A stretch of 64,000 nucleotides of DNA, taken from NCBI RefSeq assembly GCF_000002075.1, contig NW_004797388.1:470774-534773 (forward strand), read 5' to 3'. The notes below the pieces were generated by a model, which worked only from the letters and a program-made list of their open reading frames with translations, was not told the DNA's origin and ran no database searches. Shown here one piece after another: positions 26,471-39,376 of the stretch. Position numbers and translations under genes: made by a program. The stretch comes from Aplysia californica. Taxonomy: Eukaryota. Every line of letters begins with the position of its first letter. The first letter of the stretch is position 1.

Positions 26471-27136
26471 AAGTAAAGCATTTTTCCACTCCACATTATA
26501 ATAACATACGAGGTAAACAAAGTAGTTTATACTACGCCTGCTCATTACTTAATTTGGTTGCTCTTGTTGTTCTTATAGTTAGATGTTGTCCCACGGTGGT
26601 TGATGGATGCTCTAGTGCGGTTTGCTCCTTCTTTCCTATCAAACATCTGTCATCCTTATGTCCTTATGTCTCCTCCTCCTTTTTTTGTGTATGTTACTCT
26701 GTTGTAACACCGCTAATCTTCGGCACTTTTATGATCTAATCGTTTTGCAAGTTCCGAAAACTCTTACTCAAACTAAAATCTAAAATGATCATGTTCCAGG
26801 GCTAAGCGTTGACGTGCCATGGTTCACCAACCTAATCTTTCCTGTGCCATTGTCATGTACATGTACACAAATCCTATATAAAATAGTGACTTACCGCTGG
26901 GGTCTTGGTTGTTGTTTCTGTCGGTCTGTCTTACTTTTTGTCTGTACACTAAATGATTATACTTGTGTCGATGTGCTTCTTCTTACTCAAACAAACAAAA
27001 CAAACAAATCCTTATTTACGGTAAACCACCGTGTCTCAAATTAATGTGTACAAAATGTGCTCTCAATTTAAAACTATGAAATGCAGTGTGAGCTTTCTGA
27101 CAGCTCTCAAGAGTTCTTTCTGGACTCCCAAGTACA

Positions 27137-27490
27137 ATGAGTGGCGTTAGTAGCCTTGTGGTTAGGCACTCGGGCTCACAGCAGACATGTTATGGGTTCG
27201 AATCTCGTCAGGGTCCTGGCGTTGTCCTTGAGGAAGGCACACTACTCGAATTTTCCTCACTTCCCTCAGGTGGAAATGAGTTCCCGACTGTAGAAAGCGA
27301 AAAATCTTGTCAGTCAGTTAGTGTTTGAGCGCTTAATCAGCTGCTTGCGCTGTATGCTTTCTTCGAAGCTGAGAATGTTTCTGAGTATTCTTGGGTTCGC
27401 TGTGGTAATAATAATATAGAGTATAAGGCGCCCAGAGCTCGCTGTCGAGCGGAGATATGCGCTAAGCAAAATGTGCTATTTATTATTATA
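27137..27490 (+). mobile_element. tRNA-derived SINE with CORE-like central domain
   Basis: A- and B-box-like head (GGTTCGAATCTC), collinear with 62360-62690, and an ATT-rich tail. Confidence 0.7.
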
Positions 27491-27499
27491 TACTTATGT

Positions 27500-27826
27500 A
27501 GAGCCGATCAGACTTAGATCTTCAGAGCCCGCACAGGACACTAACACACCAACAAGCACATAAACAGAATTAATCCCATATGGGAACCCCATTGCAGACA
27601 CTGTGACTACCACGAGGAGACCGTTGAACATCTCCTCCTTCACTGCCCAAACCTGGCTGTTTTTCGACGCAGGCTCCTACACACACCTACAGACTTACAA
27701 AGCCTGCTCTACTCTGGCTTTGACCAGATGACAAGGACATGTAGTTACTTGAGGGAGGCATTGCGCTGCCAAGAGCGAAATGCTCACAGCTAAAGGGATT
27801 TGAAAACAATAACAACAACATTATTA
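27500..27826 (+). mobile_element. 3' end of an I/Nimb-group LINE (C-terminal CCHC finger)
   Basis: RARTGH ... CRHCDYHEETVEHLLLHCPNL, followed by an (AAC)n tail. Confidence 0.7.
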
Positions 27827-27828
27827 TA

Positions 27829-29441
27829 TAAATTCGCACAAAAAAGTCAAGGAACAAATATTCAAAGAAAGATAACTGAAGAACAATTGAACCGACTTTA
27901 TTCATTTTTTCAAGAAAGTTGCTTTCGCCTCTTAAGATTAAGTGTGTACAATTTCAGATTTCAACAAAAACGAGAAGTTCATGTAAAATGAGTTTAAGTC
28001 AGACTGGTCGGGTTTCAAAAGTCTGAACAGCCACATATCTTCATGAACATTGTCAATAGTGGGTGTAGCCACTCCGTTTGATCAAACACTGGGCACAGCG
28101 TCGACGCATGGACAGGACATGCCTTAGGAGAACTCGTTGCGGTAGGTTCTGCCTCTCCTGAACGAGGCTGCCCAAGAGTTGTTGAAGGTTTTGTGCAGGA
28201 GGGTGGTTGTCTCTTATCCACCGGTCAATGGGATCCCAAATGTTCTCTATTTATTTGAGTTCAAATCAGGACTACAAGCTGGTCAGTCCATGCGGGTGAC
28301 AGCTCGCTGCTGCAGGGAGTCCCCCGCGATGCGTGCGCGATGTGGCGCGGCGTTGTCATCATGCAGTACAGCCTGGGGTCTAATCTGTAGCAGGAGAGAA
28401 ACAGCAAGGGGACGAAGGATTTCCTCCCTGTACTTTGCGGTGGTCAAATTGTCCTGTATATGGTACAGGGGGTCTTGTGGTGAGCTGAGAAACCTCCCCA
28501 CACCAGAACGGACCCGGCACCGTAGGGCGCCACCTGCTGGATGCACTCAGGGTGGAACAGCTCTCCCCGGCGCCTCCAGACGTGGGCTCGCCTATCTCGG
28601 TGCAACAGGTTGAATCTGGATTTGTCCGAGACGACCACCTGGTCCCTCTGACGTCACGTCCACTGTGAAGGTCGAGCAGACCACGCCCGGCCAGCTGCTT
28701 TGTGTGGTGGCGTGGGCCTTGGGCGCCTGGCTCTACGGACACAGTTCCTTACCGTCTCCTCGCTCTCGTGGACATTGGCTGTCACCCGTAGTTGGTCTCA
28801 GGTGCGGTTTGCAGTAGTGGTTCGTGACGTCACGGCCTGCCTGACGATGAACCAGTCGATGCTGTCGTTGGTCAAACGGGGCGGCCCTGGTCGAGGCCTG
28901 TTCTGGACCCTTCCGGTCGCTCGCCATCGTTCTTGCAGCTTCCATATGACTGATGGGGACACCCCAAGTCGATGTGCTACGACTAGGAACGTGGAGAGAT
29001 CTTGAAGCCAGGCGAGGACTCATCCTCTGTCGACATCAGGCAGCGAGCGTCGTTGGACCGTCGTGTTGTAGTTGTAATAAAACGTGGCTGAAAATCGCTG
29101 GCTTGTAAAGGATTGTAGTAAGTGAGCAATTAACACAGCTAAGACTTCTGTTTAGCACGTGCCAAGCTTAGTTTTAGCTAACAGTCTCTATGGCAATGTT
29201 GCGAAAGTAGAGAAATTTAGCCAATTTTTCATGCTTTTCGGCTGTGTGCTGTGTTTCAGAAAGCCCAGCGCCGTCACTGTGAAGCTGGTGCAGGCAAATT
29301 TGCTGTACAGGCAAACTGTGTCTAGTCGTCAGTGCGTGCGCCTAGTTTGGTTGACTGATCTTAACGGATTTGTGAGATATTGAAGTTTAAATTTGACAGG
29401 AGAAAATACAAGTTGATCCTTGACTTTTTTGGGCGAGTTTA
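27829..29441 (-). mobile_element. Full-length but disabled Tc1-family transposon (about 1.6 kb)
   Basis: TIRs TAAATTCGCACAAAAAAGTCAAGGA and (reverse complement) TAAACTCGCCCAAAAAAGTCAAGGA. The frameshifted transposase has VSDKSRF, VWRRRGE, GSVLVWGGF, HDDNAAPHRA and SPDLN. Confidence 0.9.
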
Positions 29442-30183
29442 CTAGTAAAATAATATATTATTATTATATTGTATGTATATTATGTTATTTACTTGATCAC
29501 TTGACAACCTGTCTTTCTAACTAACCATTTCTTTTCAATCTGCATTTCAAAGTTGTTTGTTTTCTCTGCTGGTATGTGCAGGTGCTTTTTACGCTCCCAT
29601 CAACACAGTTTAGATCGTTTAGGAGGCGGGCTTCAACCCTAGATCTACCTCCCAGTAAAAATACTTGATGCACAAAAAGTATCCTCATATGGGAACCGAA
29701 CTCCGATTTTCTGCTAGCCACGACAAAAGTCCTTATCATTACACCACAAACGCAGGGTTTTTTTCCTCTTTCTAGGCATAGATAATATGTGCGTGCCTGA
29801 GGAAAGGATCGACAGGTACCTTTTTTTACTTTTGTAGTTTACTGCATTTCTGACCCGAAACGGGTTTTTGTGTTTTTTTTGTTCTGATGACTGTGGGGTT
29901 GTTCGTTTATTTTTTCCCCAGACATATAAAGCATGTTTTGAGATATAATATGGTTGCTTTTGCGAGTTTGTTATTTCGAGAAAGACAACTAGTAGTGAAC
30001 ATTGATAAAATTTAGACGCAAGAGAAATGCTTGTATCCCTTCAAAATGTGCGTGGCAATTTTTGTTTAAAGTAATACAGCAGTGCTGGTATCACAGGGTA
30101 AACATGCTTAAATAAAACATTGAACCAAGGACAAAATAATCACACTTCTCACTTATAATGCAGGAAATAAGTACGAGGAGAAA

Positions 30184-30626
30184 TGTGAGGCAGCGTGGTG
30201 GAATCAGGCTCTCGTCAAAATAATCAAAGTGAAGAAACTTGCATTTTTCGGCAGGTTTGTGAATTTTTATCAAATTTTTGTTTTTTCGCTCAACACCTTT
30301 CATGCCCATTAAAGAACTCATTTCTTTGTAAATTGTCTGAAAAACGTTGATTAAAGGAATAAAATATGTCAATTTTCAGTTACCACGGACTCTTAAGGGA
30401 AGGAAATAACTAATCTTTGAAGTAATTGAAGGCCATTTTCTCTCTAATTTTACCTCTGAAAACAGGTGACCACCACTCCTTCTTTCGCAAATATCTCGAC
30501 TCGTCTTCAAGACAAATGGATATTTTTTCATCCAAATAAAGACAAATGAACAAGCTTTAAAATGATAGCAATAACTCTACATGCCCAAAAATTGACGAGA
30601 GCCTGATTCCACCACGCTGCCTCACA
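30184..30626. mobile_element. MITE with perfect 35-bp TIRs and TGT...ACA ends; related copies at about 19640-19925, 25313-25820, 30940-31150, 44395-44760 and 55860-56407
   Basis: TGTGAGGCAGCGTGGTGGAATCAGGCTCTCGTCAA and its exact reverse complement. Several copies share the internal motif TTTTCTC.CTAATTTTACCTCT. Confidence 0.85.
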
Positions 30627-31802
30627 AAATGTGTTTTTAAGGTCGAGATGCAACATCAACACTGAAGAGTTTGGTATGCGCACTGTTTTTTTTCTTCCCA
30701 GTTGATTGGGATCCATGCACACTAACCGTCGGTAGACAAAGGNNNNNNNNNNNNNNNNNNNNNNNNNNNNNNNNNNNNNNNNNNNNNNNNNNNNNNNNNN
30801 NNNNNNNNNNNNNNNNNNNNNNNNNNNNNNNNNNNNNNNNNNNNNNNNNNNNNNNNNNNNNNNNNNNNNNNNNNNNNNNNNNNNNNNNNNNNNNNNNNNN
30901 NNNNNNNNNNNNNNNNNNNNNNNNNNNNNNNNNTCTCCCTCTATATTATTTCTGACACCAGACAACCCCACCTCCTTTAATCGCAAATATCCTGACTTCT
31001 ATTCAAGATGGACGGGTACTTTCTTCATCGAAAGCAACAAGACAATAAAACAAGCTTTATTAATTAAGATTGGACAAACACCTCCATTTATGCTTTAAAT
31101 TTAAAAAAAAAATAAATAAATAACGAGTGCATAATCCAACCATGTCGTGACGCTAGTGATTACAGTGCAAACTGCCTCTTATAACACTTAGACATCAAAC
31201 ATCAACTGACCTCTCAGGTGCTACAAATGCAGGAATAAGCCCTGTTTGGATACATAATCCGGTCCCCGTAGTTTTATGTACCCCGGATAATTTAGCAAAA
31301 TTTGATCAGTGTTTGCTTAATTTCTGATTACTTTCCTTTATCATTCTTTGTTATATGAACAGAATTGCATAATTTCACATTTTTGGGCTCAGTTTGCATA
31401 ATTTCATAATTTTTCTTGCGTAAAACGATGGGGACGGGTAGCCCTTTATGTAACACCATCGGCTGGACAATGTTCAGCCTCACGGAACCAAGACTCAGCG
31501 CCATGACCCACGAGACCCGCAGAACCCGCGACTTTCAGAGCTGCCAGGTCAGTCCCCACCCCAACTGTAGAGTGATTTCCTCTGAGATTGTACGGCCTCN
31601 NNNNNNNNNNNNNNNNNNNNNNNNNNNNNNNNNNNNNNNNNNNNNNNNNNNNNNNNNNNNNNNNNNNNNNNNNNNNNNNNNNNNNNNNNNNNNNNNNNNN
31701 NNNNNNNNNNNNNNNNNNNNNNNNNNNNNNNNNNNNNNNNNNNNNNNNNNNNNNNNNNNNNNNNNNNNNNNNNNNNNNNNNNNNNNNNNNNNNNNNNNNN
31801 NN

Positions 31803-31828
31803 CAATATTAAATAACAACAACAACGAC

Positions 31829-31861
<33 letters not shown>

Positions 31862-31941
31862 TAATAACAACAATAACAACAACAACAACAGTAATAGTAA
31901 TATTAATAATAAAAGTTGAAAAATAAATAAACAATAATAAT
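31803..31941. repeat. (AAT)n/(AAC)n compound microsatellite beside an assembly gap
   Basis: Read directly from the sequence. Confidence 0.9.
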
Positions 31942-33789
31942 AAACGGTAACGATCTATTCTATAACGCCCACGCCCTGATGGCCCTTAGCATGTCACAAT
32001 AAAATAACAGTGTTATCAACCTTTCAAGCACACTGACCCTTTCAAGGTACACATGGAAAACCATTCTTTCAAATACATAAATAATAATAAACTCCTGTAG
32101 TTTGACAAAGAATACATACGCAAAAAGACAACTGCTGTTGCACAGGGGCGAAGGCTGACTTTTTTGACAGGGTAATCAAAGTGAAATGGGACCAGATAGG
32201 GCCTGGAGATATCACACTCACACAAGTCACAAGAATCTTACTGGCACTGGAGGCGGCAACTCTGAGGTGTGAATGAAAAAAATCCTGAATTCATGTTGTG
32301 TGCTTGTTCAACCGCTAAAATAATCGGGAAAGTATTTCATTAAATATTTATTCTAACTAACCTTAAATTTAACTTTAGATTTGAACACACGAACACCAAG
32401 GAAAGAAGCACAGATGTCAGCACTACAATGGCATGTTATACCAGACAGCCGAAACACTTTGGTAGAGCACGCCAATTATTAATTTTTTATTTCACATTTG
32501 GCTGTTTTTTGTCTAGCTTTTCGCGGCCAGGAGCCGCTGTCATAATCGAGGTCACGATCTGATTATAGGACGTTAAAAAGTCGAGGAAAAAAACAAGCAC
32601 TAGCAGTGTAGTAGCAGGAGTCAAAGGATTATTAGGAGTTAGTTCCCCTCACATCTGTGAGGTAGACGCGACCAGTGTAATAGTTCGCTTAGATAATCAG
32701 CGCGTCTGGGTGCTTATAACTGTGGCCCGAAAGGGGTGAACAGGGTATATGCCGGCGACAATGAAACAGCTCTGACTGCTATGCACAATCATGTTCCCTT
32801 CAAATCTCTTGGTTGACTCTCCCAGCCTCACTTTAAGCTTACTTAATCAAAGCTGGTGACTGCTTATGGAGTGGCCCGATAGGGGCGAACACAGGCTATT
32901 TCTGTGGCAATGAAACGGTTTTGAAGGTTAGGCATAGTCTATTGTTCATTGGTGATTATGAATGTCTTTTTACATTTAATTTATGAGGATTACGTCTATG
33001 GGTGAATTTGACTGCGACAATGTTTCAAAATTAGGAAGGGAAGCAGTGATTATTTGATTATATAGACGCTTCGCCTCTGGTTGCAACAGATCCCATTTGT
33101 ATAGAAGAGGAATGCGGCCCCCTCTTCTTCCACTCTCCCTTCTATACATGTACCATCTTCTTCCTCCTCATGTCCAAAACCTCTGATGGAGCGTGAGGTG
33201 CCCTCTCCCCCCTCTTCCAGGCCCATCCCCTCTCTTCCCTGCTCCCTCCATCTGCTCCACCTCCCCCTGCCCCTCCAGCAGACACCCCCCTCCCTATGGA
33301 GGAGGACGGCCCCCACCCCTCTCCCCAGTCTCCTCCGGGAAGGGACAGAGCCCGTCACTCCTTCCCCAAACTCCCCAGTAGGCTGCCTCCCAATCCAGGA
33401 CAGCAGCCTCGTAAACCCTCTGCCTCCCCCACTAGAGTGTTTGATACGCAGTGTGTTTCGAAGCCGGGGCGACTCATGTGGTTTCTGGAGACGACGGGCT
33501 CGCAGAGCGGTCTCCAGTGCGGATTCAGGAAAAAACCCTCACCTCCTTTGCCCCATCCTCTGGGCTCCTGGCTCCTTCTTACTGCTGACTATCAGCCACA
33601 CCCCTGATTTTCTGGTAGGAAAGGGCGAAAAACTCGGAGGTCCCGTGAGCAAGCTGAGCACGTTAAAGATCCCTTCGTTGTCTAAAATCGATAAGAGTAG
33701 GCTTCGGTGGCCACCCGGTTAAAATTGTTAATTTCCTACTAACTTAAAATGTTTAATGTGTCCAGTGCGCTCATAATAATATGGCCTTA

Positions 33790-34580
33790 GGGTTTGTCCG
33801 CATTCAAAAGAGTAGCTGCGCAGTAGCTGAGCCGAACCGCTATGAGTGAGCAGTTCTAGCAGTAGGCTCGAGTGTCCCCACCAAAAGCTGTGTTGGCTAG
33901 CTGTCCAGTAGCAGTCAGCTCGCTGGCTGCTCGTGCACTGCTCAGTATCAGCTTGCATGTTCCCACCAAAAGCAGTATAAAAGCAGTGCTAGCTCGCTGC
34001 TTGTATCGGAGATGGTTCATAACATGGCGGTCGGTAAAACATGTTTGATGCATTTGATGGACACTTCATCACTATTGACACAGTGTCGTGTATTTGATGG
34101 CGAGAAAGAATACTGGGTTCATCCCATAAATGCCAAAAGAGACACATGCGGAGAATTCCATCACCTGTTTCTTGACTTAAAGGGAGACAAAGAGCGTTCT
34201 AAATCTAGATCTAAGTCATATTTTAGAAGGAGCCCAGAAACATTCTCTACTACAAGTAGTTTGGTACTATCAATTGTTTTGTTTCTGTTTTGTTGTACAG
34301 GCTTTCAAGAGGAGCATGTAGAAGCTGTCTCCAGCTGTCTTGTGCTAATCGAGATTTCTGGGCGAGGTTTTGCGGGAAATTATGTCGAGTGTGCTAATTT
34401 TAGAAATGACGCAATCACTGCTTGCATTGAGAGGTAGTTAATGCGGGGATATATTTTACTGCTCACTGCAAACAGTGCACTGTTGGCTATTGCTTTTGGT
34501 GCGAACGGCGTATAAATAATAGATCTATTACTAAGATTTAACACGGCCCAGCTACTGCGCAGCTACTGTTCAGCTCAACT
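33790..34580 (+). mobile_element. Internally deleted PIF/Harbinger element
   Basis: YWVHPINAKRDTCGEFHHLFLDLKGDKER..SYFRRSPETF at about 34105-34250. Inverted subterminal repeats AGTAGCTGCGCAGTAGCTG and CAGCTACTGCGCAGCTACT. Confidence 0.65.
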
Positions 34581-35700
34581 GCGACCACTTGGCTTGTCGA
34601 TTTCAGCCCCTGGCTGTCAAGACGTTTCCACGTGCTCCACGTACGTAAGTCTTGAAAATTACTCACTCGTCTCTTGTCGAACGTTAAAGAGTGGTGTTGA
34701 GAAAAATAAGCTTATGTCAACTTCTAAAAATGTTTTAGGTGTATGCTGCAAATCCCATATTATTTATTTTTTTACCCGCTTTTTGGGTTACATAAAAAAA
34801 AACCGTGTCGGATCCTTAGTTTGTATGCAGTGATTTTTATGATTGGGCTTTTAGATTCTGTTGATCACCCAGCGATGCAAAGATTCGAGAATATTAAACG
34901 GAGCGATTTCATTTTGTCTTGTTTTAACCGTGGTCAGACGAAAGAGAACACGCTATAGTATTTTGTTTAGGAGCCACTGGTTTTGTCTTGGGCACAATTT
35001 TTGGGGGGCATAAACTGTGTTAAATTTTGGTCGTAATTATCTGTCATACACAGTGGCGCCGCGCGGGTTGCAGACAAAGTGGTGCATAATTGGAAAGTGA
35101 GCAAATGGGCAATAAGCTTAGTAGTAAAAATAATAGCTACTATTAAGATTTCTAGAGAAAGTCAATTAGAATCTGTAGGATATCCTGTAATCTACATCTA
35201 TCGACATTTACAAGTGTTTCTAGATGAAACCGCATATAAGTTGCAATAAAGTGAAACAATACTAACAACTCATCACTATGCTCACAATCTGAGAAGATTG
35301 AAAGATTTCTATATAATTGTAATTTCTTCGTAAAGCACCAGGATTTGTTACACAATAGAGAGAGACAACAGTTTCGGTACTGATTCTTCATTGAGTTACC
35401 ATCTAGTTTAGCAGAGAGGCGAGCGGAAACTGGGATCCAATTTTTAGCATGCACCAAATTGGTGCTGCGAAGAGCAGATTCATGCTCTTTTCTTCTTGTG
35501 CGGGAAGAACAATGTCTAGACTAGATTTCTCTAGAGTGACAAAAATACTTTGGTGCGAAGAGTTTTCTTGCTCCCAGCAGACACTACCGCAAACGGTGCA
35601 ATGAGCATAAACCATCCTCGCTGTCTGTCTCATCGATACTGGCGCAGCCAGCGGGTGACGGATCGCAAGGATGTAGCCTAGTAATGTAGAACTAGAGCAC

Positions 35701-35920
35701 TGATAATTCTGCGGGAAAATCATCAACTCAACAGAACGACAAAGACTCTGACGGGAATCTTCTAGAATTAGGTCTCGTGAAAAAGACGTGAGGTAGCCGA
35801 GTCAGTTCATTGTGTCTACGACTTTCTCAAGTGAATAAACAAAAATCCTGATAATTCTGCGGGGAAATCATAAGCTCAACAGAACGACAAAGACTCTGGC
35901 GGGAATCTTCTAGAATTAGA
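35701..35920 (+). repeat. ~70-bp direct repeat, 2 copies (35701 and 35849)
   Basis: TGATAATTCTGCGGG(A/G)AAATCAT..CTCAACAGAACGACAAAGACTCTG(A/G)CGGGAATCTTCTAGAATTAG occurs twice. Confidence 0.85.
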
Positions 35921-37266
35921 ACTAGTTCTAAGTATACGGCGAGCCAGCTCAGAGCTGGCACACAGCCTCACTCTATTGTTTCGTCAGAACAAACGTCTAC
36001 GAAACCATAAAAATATCCATCTTGCCTGTTATCAAAGTGTTTGTTTATTGTAAGGTTCATTCATCTTCTCATTCTGGTGTTGATTTACGTAAAAAGGTCA
36101 AATAGGAGTGGAATTATAGGGAAGTTTGTGATGCTGGAAACCTGGAAGAAAAAAAAAATGCTTGGCTCTGTACAAAGGAGGAATAGCCTTCTGTATTCGA
36201 AGAATTAATTAATACCAGACCAAGGGTCGTCACTCAAACATTTCCCTGTTACAAAACGAGGTGAATAAATTACACAGTTACATCCCTTTAGTGCGTCGAA
36301 CGTCAGAAAATAGCAGACATAATCTTGCTACATGTATATCATACTTTTTTTAAACCTCATTGAGGAATTTACCTATGACCACGAAACTTTGCATGGCCCT
36401 AATGCAGACCAGCGACTAAACAATAATACTTTTTAAAAGACTTGTCCAAGTAACAAAAATGTTTTCCTCTTTGGTCCCTGTATTAAAAACCTCTTCTTGG
36501 ATGCATGCGCAGGATCACTAAAATGAACGACTCACAGTAGCCTTGCCTGCAAATTGCTCATTTTGAGACAGCGACACCGCCCTGCCCCCACATTTCAGTG
36601 TAAACTTGTCGATTTCATTCCCCCGCTGTCTAGACGTCTCCACGTGCTCCACTTGAGTCTCGAAAAATACTCACCCCGTCTCTTGAATCGTGTTTCTTAA
36701 GCCCGCCACTCACAACGCAGTTAAAAGGGTGTGCCCGTCTTGAGATTGTCTCAATACCAACTGAACGCGATCTCTCAAGACCAAAATCCGGACTGCTCAG
36801 TTAAAAATCTCAACAAACCGGGAGATCGCTTGAATCTGAATTCAGAACGAATCTGAATTCAGAACGAGTCTGAAAACTATATATGTCGGATCGGAGATCA
36901 GGGTACTCGACGCTAAAAATAAAAGGGTGCCAAAGTCAAAATTTTGCAAATCTGACTTCAGAATCTTCCTCAGCGTCAAATTCTAGAGGGATTTGATACG
37001 AAACACTGCTATCAAACGTTTGAGTAGTAATGTTAAATAATTTATTACATGAGTTGTGGTGTTAGATCATGATTTATCCTACGAGTGAAATTGCCAAGTT
37101 GTAATCACGAGTTTCAACGAGTTATTACAACGCAATTTCACAAGTAGGATAAATCATGGTCTAACGNNNNNNNNNNNNNNNNNNNNNNNNNNNNNNNNNN
37201 NNNNNNNNNNNNNNNNNNNNNNNNNNNNNNNNNNNNNNNNNNNNNNNNNNNNNNNNNNNNNNNNNN

Positions 37267-37310
<44 letters not shown>
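37267..37310. repeat. (CA)n microsatellite at a gap edge
   Basis: Read directly from the sequence. Confidence 0.95.
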
Positions 37311-37312
<2 letters not shown>

Positions 37313-38659
37313 GATATTGGCCTAGATGTAGAATCTAGATCTAGTTCTGACGATCTGTGTGTGTGGCGCTATGTAGTAAACTGTTTACTGTTTACTATTT
37401 ATTTATTTAGTCGTATTGTAGATCTTTCATTTTGATAATTAAAATGTATTTAGGTCTAGACCTAGATCTAGTGTCCACTGTCCGTCCACCCATTGTGTTT
37501 TTCTGTTGTGCTGCTACAATGTCTGAGAGCAAAAAGAAACTCCCAAACATCAGTTGTACTAGATCTAGATCTAGATCTAATTGATTTGAAAGAGGGCAGT
37601 TTAGCTGCACCTGACAAGTCGCATTATTATGATAACCCATTAGAACATATGATTATTTTATTCCATAAATGAACTAAACGTAATAGCACCATACTCTGGC
37701 GTAGATCTAGAGATCTAGATCTCGGTTCATTACGGTGCCCATCATTTGACTCTATTTGAAACAAAATTAAGGGCACCGTAGACAATGATTGTAAATAACA
37801 AGATTGGCCACTCAGCCAAAAAAGTGTCCGCAGGAAGTATGCTCTTTGCTTCAGATGGCGCTGCAGTCTGTTGTGAAGCTCTCTTTCGTTTTTCCAGAAG
37901 AAGAATAGGAATAGCACCTCCTTGCGTGCGCAGATCGACTGCTGTTCATCAGCAGTTCGGGTACGTTCAGTGCGGAGTTTTATTTTTTTTTATTTTTTTT
38001 ATGACCTCTCGCCTTTCATTCTAAAGTCAAATTACACGAAGAAAACTATCACCCTTTCCTCCGGAAGAGGTTTTTTGTCAGGGTAACCATTTTTTAAAAA
38101 GCGTTCTTCCGAAATTTATCCCAAAACTTGCTAGTTTCACTTTGATTTTTAAAAACTCAAGTAGGGTAACTCTGTTCGCAAAAAGTGCGCTTTTGTGAAG
38201 AGGGCGCCACCAAATTTTGAGGACACTTTTTTAATTGGCTCAAAGAGAGAAGTGGCCCATCTTGTTATGTACTATCTTTGCCGTAGATCTAGAAAGATTT
38301 GAACCTATACTCGACTATAAGAGACTAGTGTTTGGTTGCCCATGGTGTGCGCGCTTTGCAGCGAAGTTTTTAAGTTTTACTAGATGTAGATTTAATCTAG
38401 ATATAGATCTATATATCTAGATCTAGATCTACGCTACTTTGCTTAGTGTGCTTAGCCTACACAGTACACAGAGGGATAGAAGTAGAAGGCGAATATAGAT
38501 CTAGTGCGCGGAGTAATTTATGCAAATTTTTATATTTCACGTGTGAAATATCAGCTTATATTTATGAGGATATATTTCACCGGAAGTGCAATGCTAAAAC
38601 AGCTCCAAGTATGGTATAAAATAAATTATTCTTTGCGTGAGCCAGCTAGTTGTTTTTTT

Positions 38660-38751
38660 TTCAAAGACAGTATGCGGTTGAATTGTATTGAATGCTGAGG
38701 AAAAATCAACGTATACGAGGGTACTTTTTGTTGATTTCCCCTCAACATTCA
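38660..38751 (-). mobile_element. Rex1/Babar-like reverse transcriptase fragment
   Basis: LVYVDFSSAFNTIQPH. Confidence 0.6.
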
Positions 38752-38969
38752 NNNNNNNNNNNNNNNNNNNNNNNNNNNNNNNNNNNNNNNNNNNNNNNNN
38801 NNNNNNNNNNNNNNNNNNNNNNNNNNNNNNNNNNNNNNNNNNNNNNNNNNNNNNNNNNNNNNNNNNNNNNNNNNNNNNNNNCAGCACGTGAGACATTTTT
38901 TCTGATGTGTATTTTTCTAATGTCCTGTCTTGCTGTGCGTATGTGTGAGTGCATCACATCCACTGCGAT

Positions 38970-39376
38970 TGCGAGAGACTGGTAAATTGCTCTGCAGGTT
39001 TCTGGAATTATTCTCCCCAAAGCTTGAGGCGAAATACACGTACTGAACTTCAGATCTTCGTTCTGCCAGTCGCCAAACACCTCAAAGTTGCCGTCAGCCT
39101 TTCGTGAGGCGATATTGCCCGTCGCATGTTCGTGTTCTGTTTTTCAATAAGGGGACCTACTATCGGAAGCGATTGATGATATGTGTCCTCGTTCATACGT
39201 AAATAATTTTTGTAACCCACTGAGTACAATGTCAATTCCTTTGAAAGGTGCGGGTGGGTGAATTTCTCCCGCCGAAGAAGCCATTGTTGGCACCATAATT
39301 TTTTTCGCCTTTTTTTTCTTTAGAGAAATACTTAAACCATACAGGTTGCAGCAGCTTCACTTTGGGTGGGAGCCAT
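38970..39376 (-). pseudogene. Harbinger transposase 5' part (frameshifted); its first ~200 bp is duplicated at 43638-43850
   Basis: MAPTQSE...LWCQQWLLRR...YKNYLRMNEDTY...IEKQNTNMRRAISPHERLTATLRCLATG, then EDLKFSTCISPQALGRIIPETCRAIYQSL in another frame. Confidence 0.85.

Noticed and set aside
27137-27215. tRNA gene candidates (also near 24890, 56610 and 62360)
   Set aside because: No complete cloverleaf, and most continue into SINE bodies.
33050-33722. Pro-rich and Gly-rich ORFs
   Set aside because: C-rich low-complexity tract running into a SINE, with no domain signal.
35045-36450. Possible hAT/Tip100 remnant (CAGTGGCG start, KHFPVTKRGE)
   Set aside because: No matching second TIR was found and the peptide similarity is too short to support a call.
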